Of a stretch of 64,000 nucleotides of DNA, positions 37,234 through 46,610 are shown piece after piece (position 1 is the first letter of the stretch; every line of letters starts with the position of its first letter). The DNA lies in contig JBBISB010000001.1 of the NCBI GenBank assembly GCA_037441475.1, positions 524,946 through 588,945 of the forward strand, given 5' to 3'. The position numbers and the translations under genes were made by a program. The notes under the pieces are model-generated. The model was given only the letters and a program-made list of their open reading frames with translations, searched no databases and was not told the DNA's origin. This stretch comes from Candidatus Iainarchaeum sp. (GTDB lineage Archaea; Iainarchaeota; Iainarchaeia; Iainarchaeales; CSSED10-239).

Positions 37234-37487
37234 TTGTTATCTTGTGAAGTAATTTTGCATTTTCCACCACAAAACTCTTTCATGTGTTCATTAAGTATTT
37301 TAATAAGTGGTTTAATGGTTTTTTTATTTAAGGAATATTTAATAAATTTACCTTGTCTTTCAGAAAAGACCACCTTACATTCAAGAAGAATCTTAAGGTT
37401 ATGGCTAACCTTTGATTGTTCTTCATTTATGTCGTTACAGACGTCTGTTACAAACTTGTCTGAAGCATAAAGTGAGTTTATTATTTT
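37230..37487 (-). pseudogene. ArsR/SmtB-family winged-helix regulator remnant lacking a start codon
   Basis: 85-codon open frame bounded by TAG (37488-37490) and by a TGA that overlaps the nifS ATG. It contains 'DVCNDINEEQSKVSHNLKILLECKVVFSERQGKFIKYSLN'. There is no ATG/GTG/TTG in the first 67 codons, and an 'MISLLYCNLKRD*' fragment lies upstream in another frame. Confidence 0.55.
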
Positions 37488-37580
37488 CTATCTAGTCTCG
37501 TTTGAGATTACAGTAAAGAAGTGATATCATGCGCAGTTCATATTAATATTATATAGAAAATAGTTTTTAAATATGTTGCT

Positions 37581-38783
37581 TTATTTCTTTTCTAAAATAA
37601 ATTCTTTTGCCTTTTCAATATCCTGGTTATAAAGAATATCAAAAAACCTCTGATAATCAAAATCCTCTGATATGTTTGTCTGAGCAATCTGTTCAAAGAA
37701 AATACTTTTTGAAATTTCAAAAAGATTTCCTTTATTCTGTTCAATACTTTTAAGCCTTTCAACACTTTCCTTAAGCTTCTGTTCCTGAACCTTGTTTGAA
37801 AAGGAGATGTAAAAATAATCTTGATATTTTTCTTCAATCTTTTTTAAATTAATGTCTTTTAAAAAATAACCTTTCAAAAGCTCTCCTTTAAACCTTACCC
37901 TTAAAAGAGGTTTTTTCTCTTCTTCTTTTTCTTTTACTTTTTCAATCTCTTCTGTTATCTTTTCAATTATTTTCTCAGGAGTTGTTTGTTTTAAATCAAG
38001 GTCTATATAGTAAACCTTTCTAGTGTTTCTAATAGCCTTAAAATCAAGATTATTTGTAGCAGTGTCTAAAACAAAGAACCCCTTTTCAGTATCAGCTTCA
38101 ATCTTTTTATTCTGTGTTGAAACAGTTGAGCCTGGCATTATAAATCTTGTTTTTTCATCTATTTTTTCAACAACTCTCCAGTGAAGGTGTCCGTTTGCTA
38201 TAATATCAAAGCCCTTAGGAAGATTACTCAAAGATAGCATCTCTTCATTTTCAAAAGGCAAGTATTCCTTAAAAGATTGATGTACTAAAAGAATATTATA
38301 ATGTCCCTCTTTAGGTGTTGGCTTCCATTTCTCTAAAATATCTTTTGCAAATCTATCAGGAACACCGGAAAGTCCAAAGATAGTTATTTTTTTATTCTCT
38401 TTTTCAACAGTTATAGAGTCTGCATGTACAACTCTTAAAAAGTTCATAACCTCTAATAGTTCAACAGTTGATTTAAAGTCCTTTCCCCTATATTCATGGT
38501 TTCCAATAATTCCTATCATTGGTATTTTTAGTTTTCTATTCTGTCTTGAAGAAAGATTTATTTTATTTTCAATATCTACGTTGTTAAGAACATGTATAGC
38601 CTCATAATAAACTTCATGAGAGGGGATGGTTTTATCAAACAAGTCTCCACAAGTAATTATTAAATCAACATTTTCTTCCTTAATCTGAAAAAAGGCCTCT
38701 GATAGCTGAAGAAAGGAATCCATTTCAAGGTCTGTTCCAAAGTTAAGACCTAAATGCCAATCACTAAATATTGCTATCTTCAT
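37581..38783 (-). CDS. mre11: Mre11-type DNA repair nuclease (calcineurin-like phosphoesterase)
   Basis: Motifs 'IFSDWHLG', 'CGDLFD', 'GNHE', 'LVHQ', 'GHLH'. Confidence 0.75.
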   Translation of the reverse strand: MKIAIFSDWHLGLNFGTDLEMDSFLQLSEAFFQIKEENVDLIITCGDLFDKTIPSHEVYYEAIHVLNNVDIENKINLSSRQNRKLKIPMIGIIGNHEYRGKDFKSTVELLEVMNFLRVVHADSITVEKENKKITIFGLSGVPDRFAKDILEKWKPTPKEGHYNILLVHQSFKEYLPFENEEMLSLSNLPKGFDIIANGHLHWRVVEKIDEKTRFIMPGSTVSTQNKKIEADTEKGFFVLDTATNNLDFKAIRNTRKVYYIDLDLKQTTPEKIIEKITEEIEKVKEKEEEKKPLLRVRFKGELLKGYFLKDINLKKIEEKYQDYFYISFSNKVQEQKLKESVERLKSIEQNKGNLFEISKSIFFEQIAQTNISEDFDYQRFFDILYNQDIEKAKEFILEKK

Positions 38784-38871
38784 TTTATATAACCTAATAT
38801 TTATAAACTATTCTAAGTATAAAATATATACTTATAAAACATTATTTATAGGTTTTGTAAATGTTTACAAG

Positions 38872-38942
38872 GCCTCGATGGCAGAACGGTCATGCATCCG
38901 CCTGCAGAGTGGAAGAATAGGGTTCGACTCCCTATCGAGGCT
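38872..38942 (+). tRNA. tRNA-Cys (GCA)
   Basis: Hand-folded cloverleaf: acceptor gcctcga/tcgaggc, anticodon stem tccgc/gtgga, loop ctGCAga, T-arm taggg-ttcgact-cccta. No encoded CCA. Confidence 0.9.
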
Positions 38943-38979
38943 TGTTTTATATATAAAAAAATAAGGAGATTTTTAATAT

Positions 38980-39189
38980 ATGGTTGTAAAAAGAAGAAAA
39001 CCTTTTGTTGCCGAAGGCACACTTCCAAAAATATCTCAAGCAAAACAAATATCTATTAGCTCAGTAAAAACAAATTACAAGCACATTATAGCAGAAGTTG
39101 ACAAAGTATATCCACATGGTCTTTCAAAAGTACAAAAAGAACATTTAAAGAAAATGTTTTTAGAAAACCCAAGAGTTTCTCCTAGTTAA
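38980..39189 (+). CDS. small basic hypothetical protein
   Basis: 69-aa ORF with an AAGGAG box 8 nt upstream. Confidence 0.4.
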   Translation: MVVKRRKPFVAEGTLPKISQAKQISISSVKTNYKHIIAEVDKVYPHGLSKVQKEHLKKMFLENPRVSPS

Positions 39190-39257
39190 GTTTTAAGAGA
39201 TATGGGCTACTTATCAGGTGTAGGTAAAGGAAAAGAAATTCCTCCTAAAAAATAAAA

Positions 39258-41408
39258 TTAAACAGAAAGAAGATTTTTTAAAAGATCTCTTTCTTCTCTA
39301 TACACACTATCCTTATACTCTAATTGTTCTTTATTAATAATTATTGCATTGATATTTGAATTTACAAAAGACTTAATATCAGCAGCTGTATTTTTAGAGT
39401 TAATCTCTGCGATTCTCATAATCTTGTTTTCTTTACAAACCTTAATAACTTCTTTAACCTTTGTAAAATCAATATCTTCAAGGTTTAAGGTAAGATATTC
39501 AATTCCTCTTGAAAGATACTCTAAGATAAGTCCTTCCTTTAAAGATTCAACTATTACTCCAAGCCTTGAGTCTGTGTTTTCTTTAATAGGGGTAATTTCG
39601 TCTGCTGATTTAATATTCTCTAAAAGAATATTTACCTTTCCTCCCATCTCAATAATTGCTTCAAGTTCATAGCTTGATACATTTTCTGTCATTAAGTTTC
39701 TTGTATGTGTGTTTATTTTATAAAATATTTCCTTGCCTTCAAATATTTTTGTAATTTCTAGAAGTTTATTTTTTATGTTAGGCACCAATAGGTTAAGATT
39801 TTCAAGCATGCTTCCTTTCTCATAACTTGTAAACAGTGAGTCTATTGTTAAGACAATACCATCTATATCAGGAAGATTTATTTTTTTAATTTCATCTAAA
39901 CCATTTATTCTAATATATGTTTTTGTAATTGTTTTAGGGTAAATTGGTTCCCTGTTTTGTGCTCTTTCAATAACAACTTCATTCTCTCTCTTTGTTTCAA
40001 CAACTTGTTTTACCTTAGGAGGCGCCACATACCCTGAAACACTGTACACTTTACCGTTAAAACCATTAACTAAAACAGATTGTCCATCTCTTAATATTTC
40101 TGTAGCTCTTTCTGTATGCACTACACAAGGAACATCATATTTTTTAGCAATCAAGGCAGCATGACAGATAGCACTTCCAGCATCAGTTACAATCCCTTTT
40201 GCTTTTCTTAAAACTTGTGACATTTCAAGAGTTGTCATTTTAGTAACAAAGATTGTGTTTTCATCAATATTTTTAAGATCTTCTTTATCATTAACTATTT
40301 TTACTGTACCAATGGAGATTCCACTAGACACTCCAATTCCTTCAAGAAGTAAACTTTTTTTATATGTGTCTAGTTTTTCTTGATAGGTGGTTGCATCTAT
40401 TTTCTTTTTTTGTTTTATTTTCTTTAAATCAGGGTTAATTGGATTAACACTAACTATCATTATCTCTTCATTAGCATCTATTACCCAGTTAACTTCTAAA
40501 GCTGTGCCGTAGATAAGTTCAAGCTTGTTTGCTATCTGTGCAAGTTCATTTAAGTCTCTTTGATCTAACTTTTGTTTATCATTATCTTTTTGATCAACTG
40601 GTGCTTTGCTGGTTTTTCCAACAATTCTTTTAAGCATCCATTCTTGATTTGATTTTGTTTTTTTAATAATAGAGAATGTTTTCTTATGTATCTCATAATG
40701 ATCAGGAGTTACTTCTTTAATTAAGCTTTTTCCTCCAAACCCATATATTGCTTCTATTATTGCAACATCTTTCGAATCTTCTTTTGAGGTTATCATTATT
40801 CCTGATTTTTTACCAGGTATCATTTTTTGAATAATTATTGATAAATGTATTTTATTTTCTTCAAAACCTTTTCTATATTTATATTCTAAAATTTCAGGAG
40901 AGTAAAGATCTGCCCAGCATTCCTTTACGCTATTAAGTATCTCATCTCTTCCTTTAATATTTAAAAAACCAGTATGTCTTTCAATAAAGTCAAGTTCCTT
41001 TAAAGGGTATTCTTCACTTGACACTGAGGCTCTAATAGCTACAAACTCATCCACTTTTGTGTTCATGAAACCAACTTTAGCTTCTCCTATCTTAATATAC
41101 ATTTTTAGAACTTCTGAAGCAAAGTCTTCATCTATTTTCTGTTTTAAGAAAAGCTCTCTTATTTGGTTTGATTTATTTTGAATATCTTCTTTCTTTGTAT
41201 AATCTATTGTTTCTAGAATTTGGTTTATTTTTTCTCTAAGTTGGTTTTTTTGTATAAAGTTAAAGAAGTTTTTATAGTTTATGACAAAACCTCTAGGAAG
41301 CGGTAGGTTTGCTTTTGCAATTTCTGAGAGTATATGTGCTTTATAACCCACTTCTAGGACCTCATGGTCTGATATTTCTTTTATCCATTTAATATTTGTT
41401 TCAAGCAT
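39258..41408 (-). CDS. phosphoenolpyruvate synthase-like (pyruvate, water dikinase family) protein with divergent C-terminal domain
   Basis: N-terminal PEP/pyruvate-binding ATP-grasp ('VGYKAHILSEIAKANLPLPRGFVI') and phospho-His swivel domain ('GIVTDAGSAICHAALIAKKYDVPCVV'). The C-terminal TIM-barrel region lacks the usual GSNDLTQ-type motif. Confidence 0.7.
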   Translation of the reverse strand: MLETNIKWIKEISDHEVLEVGYKAHILSEIAKANLPLPRGFVINYKNFFNFIQKNQLREKINQILETIDYTKKEDIQNKSNQIRELFLKQKIDEDFASEVLKMYIKIGEAKVGFMNTKVDEFVAIRASVSSEEYPLKELDFIERHTGFLNIKGRDEILNSVKECWADLYSPEILEYKYRKGFEENKIHLSIIIQKMIPGKKSGIMITSKEDSKDVAIIEAIYGFGGKSLIKEVTPDHYEIHKKTFSIIKKTKSNQEWMLKRIVGKTSKAPVDQKDNDKQKLDQRDLNELAQIANKLELIYGTALEVNWVIDANEEIMIVSVNPINPDLKKIKQKKKIDATTYQEKLDTYKKSLLLEGIGVSSGISIGTVKIVNDKEDLKNIDENTIFVTKMTTLEMSQVLRKAKGIVTDAGSAICHAALIAKKYDVPCVVHTERATEILRDGQSVLVNGFNGKVYSVSGYVAPPKVKQVVETKRENEVVIERAQNREPIYPKTITKTYIRINGLDEIKKINLPDIDGIVLTIDSLFTSYEKGSMLENLNLLVPNIKNKLLEITKIFEGKEIFYKINTHTRNLMTENVSSYELEAIIEMGGKVNILLENIKSADEITPIKENTDSRLGVIVESLKEGLILEYLSRGIEYLTLNLEDIDFTKVKEVIKVCKENKIMRIAEINSKNTAADIKSFVNSNINAIIINKEQLEYKDSVYREERDLLKNLLSV

Positions 41409-41653
41409 GTTTAATCATTTATTTGTGTGGTTTTTATCTAAATTATAAGTTTATCTATCATATATTTTATTTAGCTATGTTAATAGTAGATAGAAAACTA
41501 TTTATTTGTTTTTCTTACATATATAGTGGTAAATTGGTTTTTTTAGTTTGGATTTAGGTTTCTTTCTCGGCCAGCTACCCTACCAAAAAACATATATTCC
41601 TTTAATCTCATAATATTATTGTTTAATAGAAAAATATAAAGTGTGATTAATAT

Positions 41654-42706
41654 ATGAAAAAAGGAAAGATAATGGATAAAGAAACTTATAATAATGAAGA
41701 GATGGATGAATCTTCTCTTGAAGATGACTTTATAGTCTCAAAAGAAGTAGACCCTATAAAAGAAAAAATTAAACCAAAGGATATTACTGATCTTCCTGGT
41801 ATTGGTCCAACCTCTGCAGAAAAATTAAAAGCAGCTGGTTTTGATTCCTATGAAGCTATAGCTGTTGCCTCTCCAATGGAGCTTGTTGCTATTGCTGGTT
41901 TAGGGGAAGGGACTGCCATTAAATGTATAAAAGCAGCAAGAGATTCTCTTGACATGGGCTTTGAAAGTGCTGATGTTCTTTTAGAAAAAAGAAAAATGAT
42001 TGATAAGATATCTACTGGCTCTTCAAGTATTGATGAACTTTTAGCAGGTGGTATAGAGAGTCAATCGATAACAGAGGTATATGGAATGTTTGCTTCTGGT
42101 AAATCTCAATGGTGCTTTCAACTTTGTGTAATGGCTCAACTTCCTAAAGAAAAAGGTGGTCTTTCAGGTTCTGTTCTTTACATTGATACAGAAAACTCTT
42201 TCAGGCCAGAGAGAGTAAGCCAGATGGCAATAAATAAAGGTCTTAACCCAGATGAAGTTATGAAAAACATCTATGTTGCAAGAGCATATAACAGTGATCA
42301 CCAAATGCTTTTAGCAGAAAAGGCAATTGATTTAATAAAGGAAAAAAACATTAAACTTTTAATAGTTGATTCCTTAACCAGTCAGTTCAGGTCTGAGTTT
42401 ACAGGAAGAGGACAATTATCAGATAGACAACAAAAATTAAATAAGCACATGAGACTTTTACAAAAGGTTGCTGAACTTTATAATGTAGTTGTCTTTGTAA
42501 CAAACCAAGTAATGTCTAGACCAGATGTTTTATTTGGGGACCCTACAGACGCTATTGGTGGTAATGTTGTAAAGCACGCGTCCAAGACAAGGATATACTT
42601 AAGAAAAAGTTCAGGTACAAAAAGAATTGCAAAATTAGTTGATTCTCCTTCTCTTCCAGATGGAGAGGTTGCATACAATGTTACTGAAAGAGGTATTGAA
42701 GATTAA
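41654..42706 (+). CDS. radA: RadA recombinase
   Basis: HhH '[17 protein letters not shown]', Walker A 'GMFASGKSQ', Walker B 'LLIVDSL', 'VFVTNQV'. Confidence 0.9.
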   Translation: MKKGKIMDKETYNNEEMDESSLEDDFIVSKEVDPIKEKIKPKDITDLPGIGPTSAEKLKAAGFDSYEAIAVASPMELVAIAGLGEGTAIKCIKAARDSLDMGFESADVLLEKRKMIDKISTGSSSIDELLAGGIESQSITEVYGMFASGKSQWCFQLCVMAQLPKEKGGLSGSVLYIDTENSFRPERVSQMAINKGLNPDEVMKNIYVARAYNSDHQMLLAEKAIDLIKEKNIKLLIVDSLTSQFRSEFTGRGQLSDRQQKLNKHMRLLQKVAELYNVVVFVTNQVMSRPDVLFGDPTDAIGGNVVKHASKTRIYLRKSSGTKRIAKLVDSPSLPDGEVAYNVTERGIED

Positions 42707-42752
42707 ACCTTTTTCTTATCACTTCTTCTTTTTAAAATAAAAAAAGTAAAAA

Positions 42753-42772
42753 AAGGTTTTTAAAAAAACCTT
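42753..42772. terminator. palindrome aaggttttt-aa-aaaaacctt between convergent genes
   Basis: Inverted repeat directly between the radA stop (42706) and the stop of the small minus-strand gene (42776). Confidence 0.4.
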
Positions 42773-42775
42773 ATT

Positions 42776-42950
42776 TTATTTCATCTTATATACAAAATAG
42801 TAAACAATTGCTGTTATTATGTTAAAGAAAACTGCACAAACTATCCATATAACTTGTGCCTGTTGATAGTCTTTTATTATTTTCTAAAACATCATAGATT
42901 ACCCAGATTGCAAGTAATACAGCTACTATCCATAATATTGTTGTAATCAT
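42776..42950 (-). pseudogene. small two-TM membrane protein (PLDc_N-like pattern) split by a 1-nt frameshift
   Basis: Frame a gives 'MITTILWIVAVLLAIWVIYDVLENNK' followed by junk and a stop at 42822. Frame b gives 'DYQQAQVIWIVCAVFFNIITAIVYYFVYKMK*' ending at 42776. The two join at an A4 run (42872-42875). The span is 175 nt, i.e. 58 codons plus 1 nt. Confidence 0.45.
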
Positions 42951-43098
42951 ATTTTTTCATATCCCCCTTTATATCTTTTTGTAAATGTGCTTTGATTAAA
43001 GATATTAAATAAAAAACATTATAAATAACTTGCCTTTTTAAATTCTTTTATATACCATATATATAAATGAAACTAAATTCATTTATTTGTGATTAAAT

Positions 43099-43869
43099 AT
43101 GATAAATTACTTACTTACCATTAAAAACCTAAACGTTAGTGTTGAGGATAAAAAAATATTAAATAACTTTAATATTGATATTAAAAACCAAGAGATACAT
43201 GCAATCATGGGTCCAAACGGTTCAGGAAAATCCACTCTAGCCTATACTCTAATGGGTCACCCTAAATACAATGTAATTTCAGGTAAAATCACTTTTAATA
43301 AAAAGAACTTATTTTCTCTTTCTGTTGATAAAAGAACAAAGGAAGGGATATTTTTATCTTTTCAAACACCTTTAGAGATATCTGGTCTTAATTATTTTTC
43401 TTTTTTAAAAAATTCTTTCAATTCCATGCATAAAGAAAAATTATCTCCTCTAAAGTTTAACACCTTAGTTAAAGAAAAAATGAAACTATTAAATATGCCA
43501 GAAAACTTTTTATCTCGTGACCTAAACTCAGGTTTTTCAGGTGGAGAAAAGAAGAGAGCAGAGATTTTACAACTTATCTTAATGAACCCTAAGCTCGCTA
43601 TCTTAGATGAAACAGATTCAGGGCTTGACATTGATTCCCTAAAATTAGTATGTAGTTCAGTTAATAATTTAAAGAAAGAAAATAAAGAATTTTCTGCAAT
43701 AGTTATCACCCACTATAAAAAAATACTTGACTTTTTAAAACCTGATTTCGTGCATGTAATGTATGATGGCAGAATAATAAAAAGTGGAGATAAGTCTTTT
43801 GCAACATACATAGAAAAAAATGGTTTTACAAAAATAATTGATGATTATAAAAAAAAGAATAATTTATGA
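43099..43869 (+). CDS. sufC: Fe-S cluster assembly ATPase SufC
   Basis: Walker A 'GPNGSGKST', ABC signature 'FSGGEKKR', Walker B 'LAILDETDSGLD', 'ITHY'. Confidence 0.9.
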   Translation: MINYLLTIKNLNVSVEDKKILNNFNIDIKNQEIHAIMGPNGSGKSTLAYTLMGHPKYNVISGKITFNKKNLFSLSVDKRTKEGIFLSFQTPLEISGLNYFSFLKNSFNSMHKEKLSPLKFNTLVKEKMKLLNMPENFLSRDLNSGFSGGEKKRAEILQLILMNPKLAILDETDSGLDIDSLKLVCSSVNNLKKENKEFSAIVITHYKKILDFLKPDFVHVMYDGRIIKSGDKSFATYIEKNGFTKIIDDYKKKNNL

Positions 43870-45311
43870 ACAGAAATAAACTTGATGGAAAAGCAAAACT
43901 TTCATCTTTAAAAAAAGCTAAAAAAGCTACAGAAATTGAAAAATATAATTTTTCCTATTCAACAAAGGATTATAAAATCAAGTTTAATAAAGGTCTTGAT
44001 ACTAATGTTATTAGAAAAATATCTGCTATTAAAAGAGAACCTAAATGGATGCTTGACTTTCGTCTTAAGGCCTATAATGTCTTTAAAGAAAAAAAACTTC
44101 CTACCTGGGGAATAATGCCATTAAATGAAATTGATTTTAAAAACATAACCTACTTTGCATCAGTTGGAAGTGATGAAAAAAAAAGCTGGAAGGATGTTCC
44201 GAAAAATGTTAAAAAAACATTTGAAAGGATTGGTGTTCCAAAAGCAGAAAGAGATTTTCTTGCAGGTGTAGGTGCACAGTATGATTCAGAGGTAATCTAC
44301 CACAAAACAAAAAAAGAATTTGAAGATAAGGGTGTAGTTTTTCTATCAATGGATGAAGGCTTAAAACAATACCCTGACTTGGTTAAAAAATATTTTGGAA
44401 CTGTTGTGCCAATTGAAGATAATAAATTTTCTGCTCTTAACTCTGCTGTTTGGTCAGGAGGTTCCTTTGTGTATGTTCCAGAGGGCGTAAAGGTTGATAC
44501 TCCTCTTCAAGCATACTTTAGAATTAATTCTGCTAATATGGGACAGTTTGAAAGAACATTGATTATCGCTGATAAAAACAGCAAAATCCATTATGTTGAA
44601 GGATGTACAGCCCCTAGGTTTTCCACTCAATCTCTTCATGCAGCAGTTGTAGAGGTTATAGCCTTAGAGGGTGCTAGTATAAGGTATACCACCATACAAA
44701 ACTGGGCAAACAACATCTATAACCTTGTTACAAAAAGAGCATTTGCTTACAAAGATGCAACCGTTGAATGGGTGGATGGTAACCTAGGCTCAAAATTAAC
44801 AATGAAGTATCCTGCTATTCACTTAAAAGGAGAAAATGCAAGAGGAGAGGTTCTATCTATTGCCATAGCTTCTAAAAACCAAAAGCAAGATGCAGGTGCA
44901 AAGATTATTCATGAGGCAAATAACACCACAGGAACAATAATTTCAAAATCAATATCAAAGGATGGTGGAGAATCATCTTACAGAGGTCTTGTTAAGATAA
45001 ACAAGGGTTTAAAGAATATTAAATCAAATGTAAGATGTGATGCCATATTAATTGATTCAAAAAGTAAAACTGATACATATCCTGTAATAATTGTAAACGA
45101 ACCAACAGCAGAAGTTTCTCATGAAGCAACTGTTGGAAGGATAGGGGAAGAGCAGTTATTTTATTTAATGTCAAGAGGTATTGAAGAATCAAAGGCAATC
45201 ACCTTAATTATTTTAGGTTTTATAAGTGAGTTTTCAAAACAACTTCCCTTGGAGTATGCAGTTGAGCTTAATAGGTTAATTGAGATGGAGTTTGAAAATT
45301 CAGTTGGTTAG
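43866..45311 (+). CDS. sufB: Fe-S cluster assembly protein SufB
   Basis: 481 aa with 'HYVEGCTAP', 'HEATVGRIGEEQLFYLMSRGI'. ATGA overlap with sufC. Confidence 0.9.
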   Translation: MNRNKLDGKAKLSSLKKAKKATEIEKYNFSYSTKDYKIKFNKGLDTNVIRKISAIKREPKWMLDFRLKAYNVFKEKKLPTWGIMPLNEIDFKNITYFASVGSDEKKSWKDVPKNVKKTFERIGVPKAERDFLAGVGAQYDSEVIYHKTKKEFEDKGVVFLSMDEGLKQYPDLVKKYFGTVVPIEDNKFSALNSAVWSGGSFVYVPEGVKVDTPLQAYFRINSANMGQFERTLIIADKNSKIHYVEGCTAPRFSTQSLHAAVVEVIALEGASIRYTTIQNWANNIYNLVTKRAFAYKDATVEWVDGNLGSKLTMKYPAIHLKGENARGEVLSIAIASKNQKQDAGAKIIHEANNTTGTIISKSISKDGGESSYRGLVKINKGLKNIKSNVRCDAILIDSKSKTDTYPVIIVNEPTAEVSHEATVGRIGEEQLFYLMSRGIEESKAITLIILGFISEFSKQLPLEYAVELNRLIEMEFENSVG

Positions 45312-45321
45312 GTTTTTTAAT

Positions 45322-46200
45322 ATGCAAAGAATAGATCTTAAAAGTTATAAAGTAAAAGAAGTATCTAAATCTTTAGCTGTAAGCTTAAATAAATTTAATC
45401 TTTCTTCAAACAAAAATACTGCTGTCTTTCTTTTTAACGGCTTCCTTCCCTCAGATATACTTTTAGATATCTCTTCAACTTCTAAAAAAATAATTTTAAT
45501 TTTTTCAAACATTAAAAATAAAAACTTTCTTGAAGTCTCTGACCTTTCAAAAATAAAAGAAAAAGAAATTATCTATATTTTTAAAAACTGCGCTGAACTC
45601 TTTTATTTAAAGGACTTTAAGGGAAAAAATCTTTCCTTTAACAATAAGGTTTTTTTAGATAATTCCACTATTAATTTTTCAAATGTTTTCTTTGATGTAA
45701 CAAACCTTAATTTCTTACAGGAAAACAATTTATATAAAGACTCACAAATAAACCAAAACGATGTTTTACTTCTCTCTTCAAACCAGAAAAATAAAATAAA
45801 CGTCATTAACAACCATCTATACAAGGAAACAGTTTCAAACACCATAATAAAGAATGTTTTAAAAGAAAATTCTTTTTCAAGATATGACGGGATGATAAAC
45901 ATCATAGGTAAGGGAGATTTTTCAAAAGCCTATCTTGAAACAAACACTATGCTTCTTTCAAAAGATGCAACATCTATAAGCATACCAATGCTTGAGATTG
46001 TTCCAAAGAACATAAAGGCAACTCATGCTGCAACTGTTGAACATGTAACAGAAGAGCAACTTTTCTATCTTTCCTCAAGAGCTTTATCAAGAGAAGAGGC
46101 TTATAACCTAATGGTTTCTTCTTTCTTAAAAGCAAATCTTGAAAGTTTACCTGATACTTTTAAAGAGCACATAAATAAAAAAATAAAAGATAAGTTATGA
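45322..46200 (+). CDS. sufD: SufD-like Fe-S assembly protein
   Basis: C-terminal 'ATHAATVEHVTEEQLFYLSSRALS' is paralogous to the SufB tail, and the gene sits in the suf operon position. ATG 45322 is preferred over the track start at 45280. Confidence 0.7.
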   Translation: MQRIDLKSYKVKEVSKSLAVSLNKFNLSSNKNTAVFLFNGFLPSDILLDISSTSKKIILIFSNIKNKNFLEVSDLSKIKEKEIIYIFKNCAELFYLKDFKGKNLSFNNKVFLDNSTINFSNVFFDVTNLNFLQENNLYKDSQINQNDVLLLSSNQKNKINVINNHLYKETVSNTIIKNVLKENSFSRYDGMINIIGKGDFSKAYLETNTMLLSKDATSISIPMLEIVPKNIKATHAATVEHVTEEQLFYLSSRALSREEAYNLMVSSFLKANLESLPDTFKEHINKKIKDKL

Positions 46201-46610
46201 GTGATGACTACATTCCCTCTCAAATAATCTTAGACTACTATTCAGACCCTGTTAACTATGGCCCTTTATCAAAACCTGATATAAAGATAACTGGGCATAA
46301 CAAAGGATGTACTGACACAGTTACCATTTATCTTCAGCTTAATAAAGATAAAATAAAAAAAATAACTTTCCAACATTCAGGTTGTGTTATCTCAAAAGCA
46401 GGTGGATGTATAGCCACAGAGGTTGTTATGGGTAAAACAATAAAAGAAGTTCTTTTGCTAAAACCAGAAACTATTATTGAAAATCTAGGTGGGGTCTTAA
46501 AAACCAGAGTAAGTTGTGCTTATCTTACTATAAACTTAATAAAAAAAGCACTTCTTGATTTTTCTAAAAATAAAAAAACTTTTCCTGTAACCTACGTCTT
46601 TGAAATTTAA
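46197..46610 (+). CDS. SufU/IscU-family Fe-S scaffold/sulfur acceptor
   Basis: 'ILDYYSDPVNYG', 'GHNKGCTD', 'HSGCVISKAGG', 'RVSCAYLTINLIKKA' (three conserved Cys). Confidence 0.75.
   Translation: MSDDYIPSQIILDYYSDPVNYGPLSKPDIKITGHNKGCTDTVTIYLQLNKDKIKKITFQHSGCVISKAGGCIATEVVMGKTIKEVLLLKPETIIENLGGVLKTRVSCAYLTINLIKKALLDFSKNKKTFPVTYVFEI

Noticed and set aside
38846-39043. 65-aa minus-strand ORF
   Set aside because: It overlaps tRNA-Cys on the opposite strand, so it is spurious.
41555-41590. GC-richer patch (ctcggccagctaccctacc) upstream of radA, considered as a split-tRNA half or small RNA
   Set aside because: I could not fold either strand into an acceptor/D-arm or T-arm. No T-loop consensus is present.
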